Shown here: piece by piece, positions 8,715 through 18,259 of the stretch | Layout of the letters: each line of letters starts with the position of its first letter | Position numbering within the stretch: the stretch's first letter is position 1 | DNA from: Chloroflexota bacterium | Lineage (GTDB): Bacteria; Chloroflexota; Anaerolineae; Anaerolineales; UBA11858 | Length of the DNA stretch: 39,526 nt | Direction of reading: 5' to 3' | NCBI GenBank assembly: GCA_003648195.1 | Contig: QMOK01000003.1 | Location: 1 to 39,526 of the forward strand | Translations under genes and position numbers: made by a program | The notes under the pieces: model-generated | Database searches by the model: none | What the model was told of the DNA's origin: nothing | What the model saw: the letters and a program-made list of their open reading frames with translations, nothing else

Positions 8715-9467
8715 TTACTCTATATCTCTCACAATCAAGTCTGTAAAACTAACGGTGACGGCGTTTTCGCCTACAGAGCGAGCGAAAACACCAAAAGACC
8801 CCAACGCAATCTGATCATCAATCACAGAAAATTGATAATCGCCGTTTATGAAAAAGTGAAGTTCGCTATTCTTGGCCCACACGCCCAAGCGAGATTCGCC
8901 AGGGGCTGCCGTGGGAACGGAAGCGCTGGGAAGCCAGTCTTGAGGGGAAAAAGCAACTCCGTTCAAAATACGATCTAAACGCACCTCTCCATCACAAGAC
9001 AACGAATAGCGGTAATAAGAAACATTTCTTGCTGCCCGAAACATTAACCCGTACTCATCTTTACCAACACACAAGTTAGTGCGAGCTGTTATTTCAACAT
9101 AAAAATCAGTGAATAGCGCGCCTTCTAACACACTGTACAAAAAGACTCCGGGAGCATTAATGACCAAGTTTATCGCGTGGTTGTTTATGTTCACGCTCCC
9201 CCTAATAGTGTCTTCTAGCAACCATTCACCTGGCGTGCTGAAATCATCGCTGAAGATGATGTCTCTCGTACCAGGCGAGAATTGGGGGGCAGGTGTAAAC
9301 ATTTGGGTAGGGGCTGGAATTGGTGTTTCGGTAGCGGGAAACCATTCCACCGTTGCCGTGGGAGATGGCGAGGGGGTGACGGTTATTGTCGGTAAGGGCG
9401 CGGGGGTTGGAGCAGCTAGGCAGGAGGTCAGGCTCAACGCCAGGAGGAAGAAAATGATTTTCCGCAT
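8715..9467 (-). CDS. Lipoprotein with Pro/Thr linker and DUF1080/ConA-like beta-sandwich domain
   Basis: Signal MRKIIFFLLALSLTSC (lipobox), P/T tract, FSDDFS...DFYVE...YGLMFR...FFING...GSFG. Confidence 0.7.
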   Translation of the reverse strand: MRKIIFFLLALSLTSCLAAPTPAPLPTITVTPSPSPTATVEWFPATETPIPAPTQMFTPAPQFSPGTRDIIFSDDFSTPGEWLLEDTIRGSVNINNHAINLVINAPGVFLYSVLEGALFTDFYVEITARTNLCVGKDEYGLMFRAARNVSYYRYSLSCDGEVRLDRILNGVAFSPQDWLPSASVPTAAPGESRLGVWAKNSELHFFINGDYQFSVIDDQIALGSFGVFARSVGENAVTVSFTDLIVRDIE

Positions 9468-9476
9468 GAGAGGTCT

Positions 9477-10766
9477 CTAACGCCGAATTATCTGGTCTCG
9501 TTCAGGGCCTACAGAAACCAAGCTTACCGGCACATCCACCAAGGTTTCTATACGCTGGATGTATGCCTGCGCCTGAGCGGGGAGATCCGCCCATTTCCGC
9601 ACCTCCCAAACGTCTTTCTCCCACCCTGGCAATTCTTCGTAAACAGGTTCAAAGGGAGTTAAATCTTTTGGGCCGAGGGGGAGATTTTCTAGCGTTTTGC
9701 CATCAGTTTTGTATCCCGTGCAAATTCGCAGGGTATTAAGCCCGGTGAGGATATCCAATTTGGTGAGAGTAAGCTCGGTGAGGCCATTGATTTGAACCGC
9801 GTACCGCAAGAGAACAGCGTCTAACCACCCCACTCGGCGTGGACGCCCTGTAGTGGTTCCAAACTCATCCCAGGGGTTGGTGCCTGTTCCCCTTAGGCGT
9901 GTTGCCGCCTCCCCGAACACTTCGGTGGGGAATGGGCCTTCGCCTACGCGGGTTTGGAAGGCTTTGGTTACCCCAACCACGCGATTGGTGCGGCCTACGC
10001 CTAATCCTAGCCCCACCAGGGCGCCAGGGGCAGTAGGTGTAGAGCTGGTCACGAAGGGATAGGTTCCATGGTCTAGGTCTAGCAATGTACCCTGCGCGCC
10101 TTCTGCCAGCACATATTTGCCGTTTTTGAGGGCGGTTGATAATAGGGTCGTTATGTCACCCACGTAGGGGGCCAATATGCGGGCATATCCAACGTATTCT
10201 TGAGCTACAGATTGCGCGTCAAGGGGTGGCGCGCCATAAAGTGATGTGAGTTGCTGGTTGATTTTTTCAATATGCGCCATAATTTCATCGGCGAATGTTT
10301 CTGGAGAAAGAACGGATTCCATGCGGATTCCGCTTCGAGCGGCTTTGTCATTGTAGGCTGGGCCAATTCCTCGTTGGGTGGTGCCAATTTTGCCTGCGCC
10401 ACGGGCCATCTCGCGGGCCTTGTCTAGGGCAATGTGCCCAGGGGTAATTACGTGCGCAGCGTATGAGATGCGCATGCGCTGAGGGTTAATGTTAACGCCC
10501 GCTCCACGGATTTGTTCCATTTCGGCCAGCAACACGGCGGGGTTGATGACCATCCCGTTTCCTAGCACGCCAATGGTATGGGGGTGAATTACGCCAGAGG
10601 GGATGAGGTGGAGCTTGAAAGTTTGCTCTCCCACTGTAACGGTATGCCCGGCGTTATCTCCTCCCGAATAACGGGCTACGTAATCTGCCTCCGAGGCTAA
10701 TAAATCTACCACGCGCCCTTTCCCCTCGTCTCCCCATTGCGCGCCAACTATGATATTGAATGTCAT
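9477..10766 (-). CDS. purA: Adenylosuccinate synthetase
   Basis: QWGDEGKG, GGDNAGHT, IGTTQRGIGPAY, EGAQG, EFGTTTGRPRRVGWLD, TKLD. Confidence 0.98.
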   Translation of the reverse strand: MTFNIIVGAQWGDEGKGRVVDLLASEADYVARYSGGDNAGHTVTVGEQTFKLHLIPSGVIHPHTIGVLGNGMVINPAVLLAEMEQIRGAGVNINPQRMRISYAAHVITPGHIALDKAREMARGAGKIGTTQRGIGPAYNDKAARSGIRMESVLSPETFADEIMAHIEKINQQLTSLYGAPPLDAQSVAQEYVGYARILAPYVGDITTLLSTALKNGKYVLAEGAQGTLLDLDHGTYPFVTSSTPTAPGALVGLGLGVGRTNRVVGVTKAFQTRVGEGPFPTEVFGEAATRLRGTGTNPWDEFGTTTGRPRRVGWLDAVLLRYAVQINGLTELTLTKLDILTGLNTLRICTGYKTDGKTLENLPLGPKDLTPFEPVYEELPGWEKDVWEVRKWADLPAQAQAYIQRIETLVDVPVSLVSVGPERDQIIRR

Positions 10767-10868
10767 GATTACCTCCTAAGTACTTTAAGGTGATGTTTTT
10801 CACTACTCTAAAACAGCTAAAGCATTGAAAATGTTAGCGGTCAGTTCATGCATGTCACCCCAAAAATT

Positions 10869-10891
10869 GGGCAAGCTTTAGAAGTTTGCCC
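10869..10891. repeat. Short palindrome GGGCAAGCTT-TAG-AAGTTTGCCC (REP-like)
   Basis: Imperfect 10-bp stem in the divergent purA/SDR spacer. Confidence 0.45.
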
Positions 10892-10984
10892 CAAGATTGG
10901 AATGATACATTTATTCTAGCATAAACCACCTAAGAATAAATACAAAGGTAAAATAATACCATAAGTAAAAACGAGGAAAAATCC

Positions 10985-11995
10985 ATGCTTAAAAAAACAA
11001 CTTTAATTACCGGCGTTTGCGGTGAAATTGGGCAGGCACTTCTAGAAACCCTCGCCGAGAAAAAAGAACACAACATAGTCACTTTCGACTTAAAACCGCT
11101 TCCTAAGGCATTTCAGGGAAAATCTACCCACATTGAGGGGGACATCCTAGACGAAAGTATCCTTGCTCATTTAGCTAATGAATATGAGTTTGAAGTTATT
11201 TATCATATGGCAGCTCTGCTTTCTACAACTGGAGAAAAGAAACCGCTGCTAGCCCACGAAGTTAATGCCTGCGGGACGATTGCGCTCATGGAAATAGCCA
11301 GTAAGCAATCCCGGGCGCGCGGTGAGCGGGTCAAGTTCATCTTTCCCAGCTCAATTGCCGCCTATGGCCTCCCCGACCTAAAAACCAAAACGGAACATTA
11401 TTACATTGGCGAAAAGGAATGTACCGAGCCTACCACCATGTATGGATGCACCAAGCTCTACTGTGAGAAAATAGGGAATTATTATAGCGAATATTTGTTG
11501 CAGTTGGCAGAAGAAGCGCCAGTGCGGATGGATTTCCGGTCACTGCGTTTTCCGGGATTAATTAGCGCTTTCACCGTTCCCAGCGGGGGAACCAGCGACT
11601 TTGGTCCCGAGATGTTACACGCTGCCGCCCAAAATAAGCCGTATGCCTGCTTCGTGCGCCGTGATGTGCGCATCCCATTCATGGTTATGCCAGACGCAGT
11701 AAAATCTCTTATCACGCTAGCAAATGCTCCGTTAGAAAATTTAAGTACGCGGGTCTATAATGTGACTAGTTTTAGCCTCTCCGCCGAAGATTTCGAAGAG
11801 CAGGTGCAAAAATATTTCCCCAACGCAGAAATCACGTTTGAACCAGACCTAAAGCGTCAGGCTATTGTTGATAGTTGGCCCGCCGATTTGAATGACGATG
11901 CAGCTCGCAAAGATTGGGGGTGGAAACCAGATTATGACGTCACACGGGCTTTTGAAGAATATTTAGTGCCTAATATCCGCAAGCGTTACAGATAG
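10985..11995 (+). CDS. Extended SDR, probable L-threonine 3-dehydrogenase
   Basis: TGVCGEIG Rossmann motif, HMAALLS, PSSIAAYG, PTTMYGCTK (YxxxK), RFPGLIS...GGTSDF, IVDSWP, typical of SDR-type TDH. Confidence 0.8.
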   Translation: MLKKTTLITGVCGEIGQALLETLAEKKEHNIVTFDLKPLPKAFQGKSTHIEGDILDESILAHLANEYEFEVIYHMAALLSTTGEKKPLLAHEVNACGTIALMEIASKQSRARGERVKFIFPSSIAAYGLPDLKTKTEHYYIGEKECTEPTTMYGCTKLYCEKIGNYYSEYLLQLAEEAPVRMDFRSLRFPGLISAFTVPSGGTSDFGPEMLHAAAQNKPYACFVRRDVRIPFMVMPDAVKSLITLANAPLENLSTRVYNVTSFSLSAEDFEEQVQKYFPNAEITFEPDLKRQAIVDSWPADLNDDAARKDWGWKPDYDVTRAFEEYLVPNIRKRYR

Positions 11996-12126
11996 GGGGT
12001 CTTGGGAAGAGCAACACAGAGGAACACAGAACAATCATCAACAAAACTAGAATTTGTGTTAAAATACCTCCTTACAATCTGATAAACGCGCTCGAAAACC
12101 TGCACAAGAGATTCATAAAAAGGCGT

Positions 12127-12229
12127 GACTCATGTATGAAAAATGTGCAAAACGACATGAATGTCGTCCTACGAAACCGTAACGCGATATTTATATCGCC
12201 TTTTGTTGCACACATTCAACAGATGAGCC
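12127..12229. mobile_element. MITE family A copy 1 (103 bp)
   Basis: Ends GACTCAT...ATGAGCC. Flanks AAAGGCGT / AAAGGCGC (7/8 TSD). Inverted near-copy at 13656-13758. Confidence 0.8.
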
Positions 12230-12440
12230 AAAGGCGCTGTTATACAACATCTAGCTCAGACAAGCTGAAACCAAAAAATCTTTCAACTCACACGCAATAT
12301 GCCGCAGCGGAGCATGAGGTACACAGAGAAGCATTACGATGTAACTCTGTGGTAAATTTTTTGTTTCGCTGTACACACCATTCGGTATTGTGCAAATATT
12401 TTATTGCTAGATACTAAAACAAATACATGGAGGTATTATT

Positions 12441-13649
12441 ATGGCAAATATAAATAAAAAAAAGGGTGTTCTCGGCATTCTCACAGGCGGCGGTGACGTT
12501 CCGGGGTTGAACCCAGCCATTCGCGCAGTCACTATCCGTGCCATTCGCGAGGGGTATCAGGTCATTGGTCTCCGGCGAGGTTGGGCAGGCATTATGGAAA
12601 TGATCCGTGATAAGAAGGCGGATAACTCCAGAAACTATGAGATATTAACCGAAGAAGTTGTCAATAAAAAAGGAAGAACGGGGGGAACATTCCTCCATAC
12701 TTCGCGAACGCGCCCCAGCCGTGTTCCAAAAAACAATGTTCCTGTACACTTGCAAGAACAATATAGCAAAGAAGTGAATGATCTCACCGCAGAGGTTATC
12801 AAAAATCTTGATTTCCTAGGCATTGATTACCTAATTCCAATCGGCGGCGATGATACATTAAGCTATGCCGTTGAACTGTACCAAAAAGGCGTCAAAATTG
12901 TCGCCATCCCCAAAACAATGGACAACGATGTTCCCGGCACAGACTACTGCATCGGATTTAGCACCTGTGTCACCCGCACCATTGAAATTACTAACAGCCT
13001 GCGCACAACAGCAGGCTCCCACGAGCGTTTTCTGGTCTTGGAAGTTTTTGGGCGTTATGCGGGTTTCACCGCTATGCTGCCCACAATGGCCGGAGCAGCC
13101 AATCGCTGTGTGATTCCCGAATATAAGTTTGACATGGATAATCTAACCGAACTTTTAACAATTGACCGCATGGAGAATCCTAGCCAATACTCAATTGTCT
13201 TGGTTTCGGAAGGGTCTATGTTCAAAGGCGGAGAAATGATATTCAAGGACTCTACAACCGATGCCTATGGTCACAAAAAATTAGGGGGGATCGGAGACCT
13301 AGTTTCCGAAGAACTCAAAAACCGTTCTCCTAAATTTAACAATGGTACTCCTATTGACGTTGTCAATCAAAAACTGGGATATTTGGTACGTGGCGGCAGC
13401 CCAGACGCCATCGACTCCATCGCGCCTATGGTCTATGGCAACTTGGCTCTAGACTTGGTTCTAGAAGGCGTTCATGGCCGGCTAGTAGTTCTAAAAAATG
13501 GCCGTTATGACAATGTTCCTATTGAGATAGTCGCCCGCTCAAGCAAAGTTGTTGACATACACAAACATTACAATATAGAACGCCTGCGCCCACGCTACAA
13601 ACGCTTCACGATGAAACCTCTCTTCATCATGACCAGTGATCTAGAGTAA
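12441..13649 (+). CDS. pfkA: 6-phosphofructokinase, likely pyrophosphate-dependent
   Basis: TGGGDVPGLN, GGTFLHTSR, GGDDT, PKTMDND, EVFGRYAG. Confidence 0.92.
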   Translation: MANINKKKGVLGILTGGGDVPGLNPAIRAVTIRAIREGYQVIGLRRGWAGIMEMIRDKKADNSRNYEILTEEVVNKKGRTGGTFLHTSRTRPSRVPKNNVPVHLQEQYSKEVNDLTAEVIKNLDFLGIDYLIPIGGDDTLSYAVELYQKGVKIVAIPKTMDNDVPGTDYCIGFSTCVTRTIEITNSLRTTAGSHERFLVLEVFGRYAGFTAMLPTMAGAANRCVIPEYKFDMDNLTELLTIDRMENPSQYSIVLVSEGSMFKGGEMIFKDSTTDAYGHKKLGGIGDLVSEELKNRSPKFNNGTPIDVVNQKLGYLVRGGSPDAIDSIAPMVYGNLALDLVLEGVHGRLVVLKNGRYDNVPIEIVARSSKVVDIHKHYNIERLRPRYKRFTMKPLFIMTSDLE

Positions 13650-13655
13650 GTATTT

Positions 13656-13758
13656 GGCTCATCTGTTGAAAGTGTGCGGGGAAAGGCGACATAAATATCG
13701 CGTTACGCTTTCGTAATACGACATTCATGTCGCTTTACACAATATTTATATATGAGCC
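13656..13758. mobile_element. MITE family A copy 2 (103 bp)
   Basis: TIR GGCTCAT...ATGAGCC. Perfect 8-bp TSD AAGTATTT (13648-13655, 13759-13766). Confidence 0.85.
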
Positions 13759-13768
13759 AAGTATTTTT

Positions 13769-13955
13769 GGTTCTTCAGGAAATAGAGGGGTTGCACTTAA
13801 CGAAGTAAGCCCTCTATGTCGCGGTGAGGAACATCTTTTGTGACATGACAGCCGCCCCCCAACTGTCTGAGGGATTGCCGTATCTCCTGCCAACGGTACG
13901 CAAAGCGAAAACGGAGGTTCGCAATGACCTCTATCCCACTACTTCCCATTGAGCT
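13769..13955. mobile_element. MITE family B copy 1 (about 187 bp, degenerate)
   Basis: Inverted homolog of 20502-20683. Begins GGTTCTTCAGGAAAT. Flanks GTATTTTT / ATACTTTT (6/8). Confidence 0.75.
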
Positions 13956-14141
13956 ATACTTTTCACAATTACCTAATACACGGTCAATGCCATTTAATTG
14001 AGGAGTATGTCATTTCAAACGCAGAGAGAGATTTTTCCCGCGCGAGTAAATTTTAGTTAATGAAATACCACCCCAAAAATGGACTGACCTTTAAATATTA
14101 GAAAGGTACACTATGAACAAAACAACAAAAAGGAGTAAACC

Positions 14142-15140
14142 TTGTTATTAGGATTATCCCCTTTTATGCTAATATTCGTCGCCACGGCACTGTTATTTGA
14201 TTTCTTAAATGGATTTCACGACAGCGCGAATGCAGTAGCGACAATGATCTCATCCAGAGCTATGGGGCCTCGAAAAGCCTTAATACTCAATGCTGTTGCT
14301 AACTTTATCGGCCCATTTCTCTTTGGTGTAGCCGTAGCCGAGACCATCGGACACGAAGTAATAGCAGAGAGCGCGGCAAGTTACACAGTCATTCTCGCGG
14401 CTCTTGTAGGGGCTATCTTGTGGAATATATTCACCTGGCTAATGGGAATTCCTTCTAGTTCGTCTCACGCGCTAATAGGCGGATTGGTAGGGGCGGCAAT
14501 CATTGGGAATGGCTTTGAAGCCATCCTTTTGCCCGGCTTAGAAAAAGTATTGCTAGCATTGCTCCTCTCGCCCATTATTGGGATGTTCTCAGGATTTCTC
14601 TTGATGAAAATCACCCTTTTTCTGGCTCGTGGAGCAACCCCCCGAATTAACCATTTCTTCAAGCATGCTCAAATAGTAACCGCCACAACGTTGGCACTAA
14701 GCCATGGAGCCAACGACGCCCAGAAAACAATGGGAATGATCACTATGGTACTTTTGGTAGAAGGAATTTTGCCGCATTTTGTTGTCCCCACTTGGGTAAT
14801 CGCCGCCTGCGCTGGAGCGATGTCACTTGGCACGGCATTGGGCGGCTGGAAAATCATCCGCACTTTGGGTAGCAAATTCTACAAAGTTCGCCCAGTGCAT
14901 AGTTTCACTTCTCAGCTAGCCTCGGCGGGGATAATTTTAGGCGCGGCAATTTTCGGCGGTCCAGTGAGTACCACACAGGTGGTGAGCACTTCTATTTTAG
15001 GCGCAGGCTCGGCGGACAGAGTGAACAAAGTCCGCTGGGGAGTTGTTAAAGAAATCATGGTCGCTTGGCTGCTAACTATTCCCGCCTCGGGACTTTTCGG
15101 GGCATTGGTATATCTAGGACTAAAATATATAGGATTATAA
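14142..15140 (+). CDS. PiT family inorganic phosphate transporter
   Basis: GFHDSANAVAT and HGANDAQKTMG signatures, PSSSSH, PVSTTQ. TTG start after AGGAG. Confidence 0.95.
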   Translation: MLLGLSPFMLIFVATALLFDFLNGFHDSANAVATMISSRAMGPRKALILNAVANFIGPFLFGVAVAETIGHEVIAESAASYTVILAALVGAILWNIFTWLMGIPSSSSHALIGGLVGAAIIGNGFEAILLPGLEKVLLALLLSPIIGMFSGFLLMKITLFLARGATPRINHFFKHAQIVTATTLALSHGANDAQKTMGMITMVLLVEGILPHFVVPTWVIAACAGAMSLGTALGGWKIIRTLGSKFYKVRPVHSFTSQLASAGIILGAAIFGGPVSTTQVVSTSILGAGSADRVNKVRWGVVKEIMVAWLLTIPASGLFGALVYLGLKYIGL

Positions 15141-15157
15141 TAAAACAGGAGAAAAAA

Positions 15158-15790
15158 ATGGGATGGTTACAAAAAATATTTAAAGGAAAACGTCCAGATC
15201 GTTTCATTCAGTTATTGATACAGCAAGCCGAATACACAGTTCAAGGAGCAGACGCTTTACTTGAATATCTTAAAAAACCTAGCAAAAAACACGCGGATGA
15301 AGTCTCTCGTATAGAAAAAGAAGCTGATGAAATAAGGCGCATTTTAATAGCTGAATTGAACAATACTTTTGTCACTCCAATTGACAGAGAAGATATTCAC
15401 GCTCTCTCGCGTGCCATTGACGACGTGCTAGATTACGCATTATCAACAGTTGATGAAATGTATATCTTAGAAGTGCAACCCAATGAATACTTGCGCCGCA
15501 TGATTTCAATGCTAGGAGACGCCGCTCGTGAAATCCACTTAGCGGTACAACGATTAGAGGACCACCCAACAGTAGCCGAAGAACACGCTGTGCGGGCCAA
15601 AGCGCTGCACAACCGTATGGAGAAAGTCTACCGCGAAGCTCTAGCAGAATTATTCCATCGCCCGCAAGACATTAACCACATCATGCAAATGCTCAAACTG
15701 CGCGAGACTTACCGCCACTTAAGCAATGCCGGCGACCGTTGGGATGAAGCCGCAAACACTATGCACGATATTGTAGTAAAAATGCCTTAA
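15158..15790 (+). CDS. DUF47 / PhoU-like Pit accessory protein
   Basis: EKEADEIRR...TFVTPIDREDIHALSRAIDDVLD. ATG 15158 after AGGAG. Confidence 0.92.
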   Translation: MGWLQKIFKGKRPDRFIQLLIQQAEYTVQGADALLEYLKKPSKKHADEVSRIEKEADEIRRILIAELNNTFVTPIDREDIHALSRAIDDVLDYALSTVDEMYILEVQPNEYLRRMISMLGDAAREIHLAVQRLEDHPTVAEEHAVRAKALHNRMEKVYREALAELFHRPQDINHIMQMLKLRETYRHLSNAGDRWDEAANTMHDIVVKMP

Positions 15791-15928
15791 ATTTTTAAAT
15801 TTGTGTGAAAATTTGGTGCGAAGACAACAAGCAAATTAACCTCTTCTCAAAAAAAGGGCAGCTTACACAACCCTACGCTCCAGAGCGGCAAAACGCCCAA
15901 GAACAACAAAACCGGAGAAAGTGCCATT

Positions 15929-16921
15929 ATGCTAACCGAACACCCTCTGAAAATCTTAGTTGTAGACGATGACTTTGTAAACAACAAACTACTTTGCCAG
16001 CAATTACAAACTGCGGGGCACCAAGTAGTAAATCAAGCTTATAATGGCAAACAAGCCATCGAAATGACAAAAAGTCTAAACCCCGACATAGTATTAATGG
16101 ATATGCAAATGAAAAATCCAGATACAGGAGAAATAGACATCCAGGCTGGCATAAAAGCATCCCGCCTCATTCAAGAACAATGCCCTACCCCAATAGTAAT
16201 AATCTCGGCTCACAAAGACCCCACCCTAATAAAAGAAGCCAACAAAGCAGGCGTAGGCGCGTATCTTATCAAGCCATCTAACTTAGACGAAATAGAACGA
16301 ACCATAGCCATAGCCATGACCCGCTTCAACGATCTAATGGAAGTACGCCGTCTGAACAAAGAACTCCAAAACGAAATATCCCGCCGCGTGAAATCGGAAA
16401 AGATCATCAAATTCATGGCCACTCACGACCCTCTAACCAGTTTACCTAACAGATGGCTGTTCAACGATCGCATGAATCAAGAAATAGCTCATGCAAAACG
16501 TAACCAGCAAAAACTAGGCGTAATATTCTTAGACCTAGACCACTTCAAAAAAGTCAATGATACCTTAGGTCACAAAGCTGGAGACCAATTGCTAAAAATA
16601 ATTGGTCAGCGGCTAACCAGTCTTCTACGCAAAAGCGACACCGTAGCCCGCATCAGCGGAGATGAATTTGTCATACTCTTGCCCAGAATGACAACACAGC
16701 TAAACGCCACTGAAATCGTCCAAAAAATACTAACAACTGTTAGCGAACCCCTAACCATCAATGAACAAGCAGTTCAAATCACCAGCAGCATTGGAATTGC
16801 CATCTATCCCCACGATGGCGAAAAAGCTAATGAACTAATAAAAAACGCCGACAGCGCCATGTACTACATCAAAAAACACGGGCGGAATAATTACCATTAC
16901 TACAACGCTGACGCCGAATAA
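15929..16921 (+). CDS. Response regulator receiver plus diguanylate cyclase (REC-GGDEF)
   Basis: VVDDD, LMDMQM, YLIKP in the receiver. HDPLTSLPNR, DLDHFKKVNDTLGH, RKSD I-site, SGDEF in the cyclase. Confidence 0.93.
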   Translation: MLTEHPLKILVVDDDFVNNKLLCQQLQTAGHQVVNQAYNGKQAIEMTKSLNPDIVLMDMQMKNPDTGEIDIQAGIKASRLIQEQCPTPIVIISAHKDPTLIKEANKAGVGAYLIKPSNLDEIERTIAIAMTRFNDLMEVRRLNKELQNEISRRVKSEKIIKFMATHDPLTSLPNRWLFNDRMNQEIAHAKRNQQKLGVIFLDLDHFKKVNDTLGHKAGDQLLKIIGQRLTSLLRKSDTVARISGDEFVILLPRMTTQLNATEIVQKILTTVSEPLTINEQAVQITSSIGIAIYPHDGEKANELIKNADSAMYYIKKHGRNNYHYYNADAE

Positions 16922-16935
16922 AAACAAAAAAACTT

Positions 16936-17007
16936 GGCTCATCTGTAAAAAATGTGCAAAAGGGCAAGATAAATCTTGCCCTTTTGCACAAATACTACGC
17001 AAGAGCC
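16936..17007. mobile_element. Short MITE family A relative (72 bp)
   Basis: GGCTCATCTGT...GAGCC ends. Perfect 18-bp internal palindrome at 16953-16990. Flanks AAAAACTT / AAAATATT (6/8). Confidence 0.65.
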
Positions 17008-17049
17008 AAAATATTTAGATTGTTTCCCAATGTGCCAACCCGCCACTTC

Positions 17050-17075
17050 TGCAACTTTACCCAACTCTCCCCGTA
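17050..17075 (+). promoter_or_regulatory. ECF sigma promoter (autoregulatory candidate)
   Basis: TGCAAC-N16-CGTA, one mismatch from the B. subtilis SigW consensus TGAAAC-N16-CGTA, 48 bp before the sigma start. Confidence 0.65.
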
Positions 17076-17123
17076 TAAACATACAAGAAAACGCGGCATG
17101 AACCACGACCTAGGAGAAAATTT

Positions 17124-17738
17124 GTGCACAACGATGAAAAACAATGGGCTATACAAGCCCAGCAAGGCAACTCAGACGCATTCACTAACTTGGTAATCAA
17201 ATACCAAAAACAGGTCTTTAGCGTATGTTACCGAATGTTAGGCACTCCCACCGCAGCCGAAGACGCGGCCCAAGAGGCTTTTCTCCGTGCCTACCTAGCT
17301 ATTGACAAATACGACATAAACCGCTCTTTTGCAACCTGGGTGCTTTCTATCGCTTCTAACTACTGCATCGACCAAATTAGGAAAAGAAAAGTCATTCTGC
17401 TTTCTGTAGACAACGAAAAACACAGCTGGATGGTTCCACCATCTCAAGACCCCACCCCCGAAAGAGCAGTCCTAGATCAAGAAAAACAAGAACAGATTCA
17501 TGCTCTGTTAGAAACATTAAACGAAACCGACCGCGCCATCATCGTCCTCCAATACTGGCATAACTTCTCCTATAACGAGATTGCCGAAACTCTCTCACTC
17601 TCTGTCAGCGCGGTCAAGAGCCGCCTCTTCCGCGCTCGCAAAACAATGGCTAAAGAATGGCAAAAAGAAACAATTCTCACTCCTCACCCCGCTCATCTCC
17701 CTTTGGAAAGGATAGCTCATGAATCACCAACCATTTGA
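17124..17738 (+). CDS. ECF RNA polymerase sigma factor
   Basis: AEDAAQEAFLRAY, FATWVLSIASNYCID, SYNEIAETL...VKSRLFRAR. GTG start after AGGAG. Confidence 0.95.
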   Translation: MHNDEKQWAIQAQQGNSDAFTNLVIKYQKQVFSVCYRMLGTPTAAEDAAQEAFLRAYLAIDKYDINRSFATWVLSIASNYCIDQIRKRKVILLSVDNEKHSWMVPPSQDPTPERAVLDQEKQEQIHALLETLNETDRAIIVLQYWHNFSYNEIAETLSLSVSAVKSRLFRARKTMAKEWQKETILTPHPAHLPLERIAHESPTI

Positions 17739-18255
17739 AACTTGGATTCTTCTAGAAACCAAACTAACACCCGCACAAAACAGGGAACTCTTAAACCACC
17801 TAAGAACTTGCCCACAATGTCGCCGCTTGGCTCAGTCTACCAGGGAAATTACCCATCTCTTCAAGACGACCCCCACCCCCTACCCCTTGCCCGGATTCAC
17901 CACTCGCTGGAAAAGACGCCTAAACCAAAAGGAGCAAGGGAAAAAAAATCTCATCACCTGGGTAACCCTTAGCACCCTAACCTTGACCGTCATTCTAACC
18001 ATGATTAGCTTCAGCACCCAAATCCCCTCCCTATCGGAGCATTTTCCGCAACTTTTAACAGCGTTCATCTCACTAACCACACGTTGGATCACCTTCATAA
18101 CATCACTTCAAAACATCTTCTCACCCCTTTTCCGCGTGGGAATAAAACTAATTCCCTCTACTTGGATATTCGCGTTCGCAATTAGCTTAAGCGGCATCAC
18201 CATAGCTTGGCTCGTAACACTCTCAAAATCCAATTCCTTTTTCATTCGGAGGTAA
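17719..18255 (+). CDS. Zinc-binding (zf-HC2) membrane anti-sigma factor
   Basis: HLRTCPQC (HxxxCxxC) plus hydrophobic helices. Overlaps the sigma stop. Confidence 0.85.
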   Translation: MNHQPFETWILLETKLTPAQNRELLNHLRTCPQCRRLAQSTREITHLFKTTPTPYPLPGFTTRWKRRLNQKEQGKKNLITWVTLSTLTLTVILTMISFSTQIPSLSEHFPQLLTAFISLTTRWITFITSLQNIFSPLFRVGIKLIPSTWIFAFAISLSGITIAWLVTLSKSNSFFIRR

Positions 18256-18259
18256 CAAA

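Noticed and set aside
12010-12360. CACAGAG/CACAAAG-type short degenerate repeats (also near 7060 and 21850-21940)
   Set aside because: Too decayed to define boundaries or a family by eye.
12136-12417. Short ORFs over intergenic repeats (also 16954-17196, 19352-19588, 20411-20659, 28723-28971, 30600-30941)
   Set aside because: They run through MITEs or hairpins and lack recognisable motifs; likely spurious.
12127-13758. Composite transposon carrying pfk between inverted MITE copies
   Set aside because: Each copy has its own distinct 8-bp TSD, so they are independent insertions.
15929-16921. SGDEF as an inactive cyclase; c-di-GMP riboswitch upstream
   Set aside because: SGDEF variants can be active and the other catalytic residues are present. 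No riboswitch consensus was recognised at 15791-15928.
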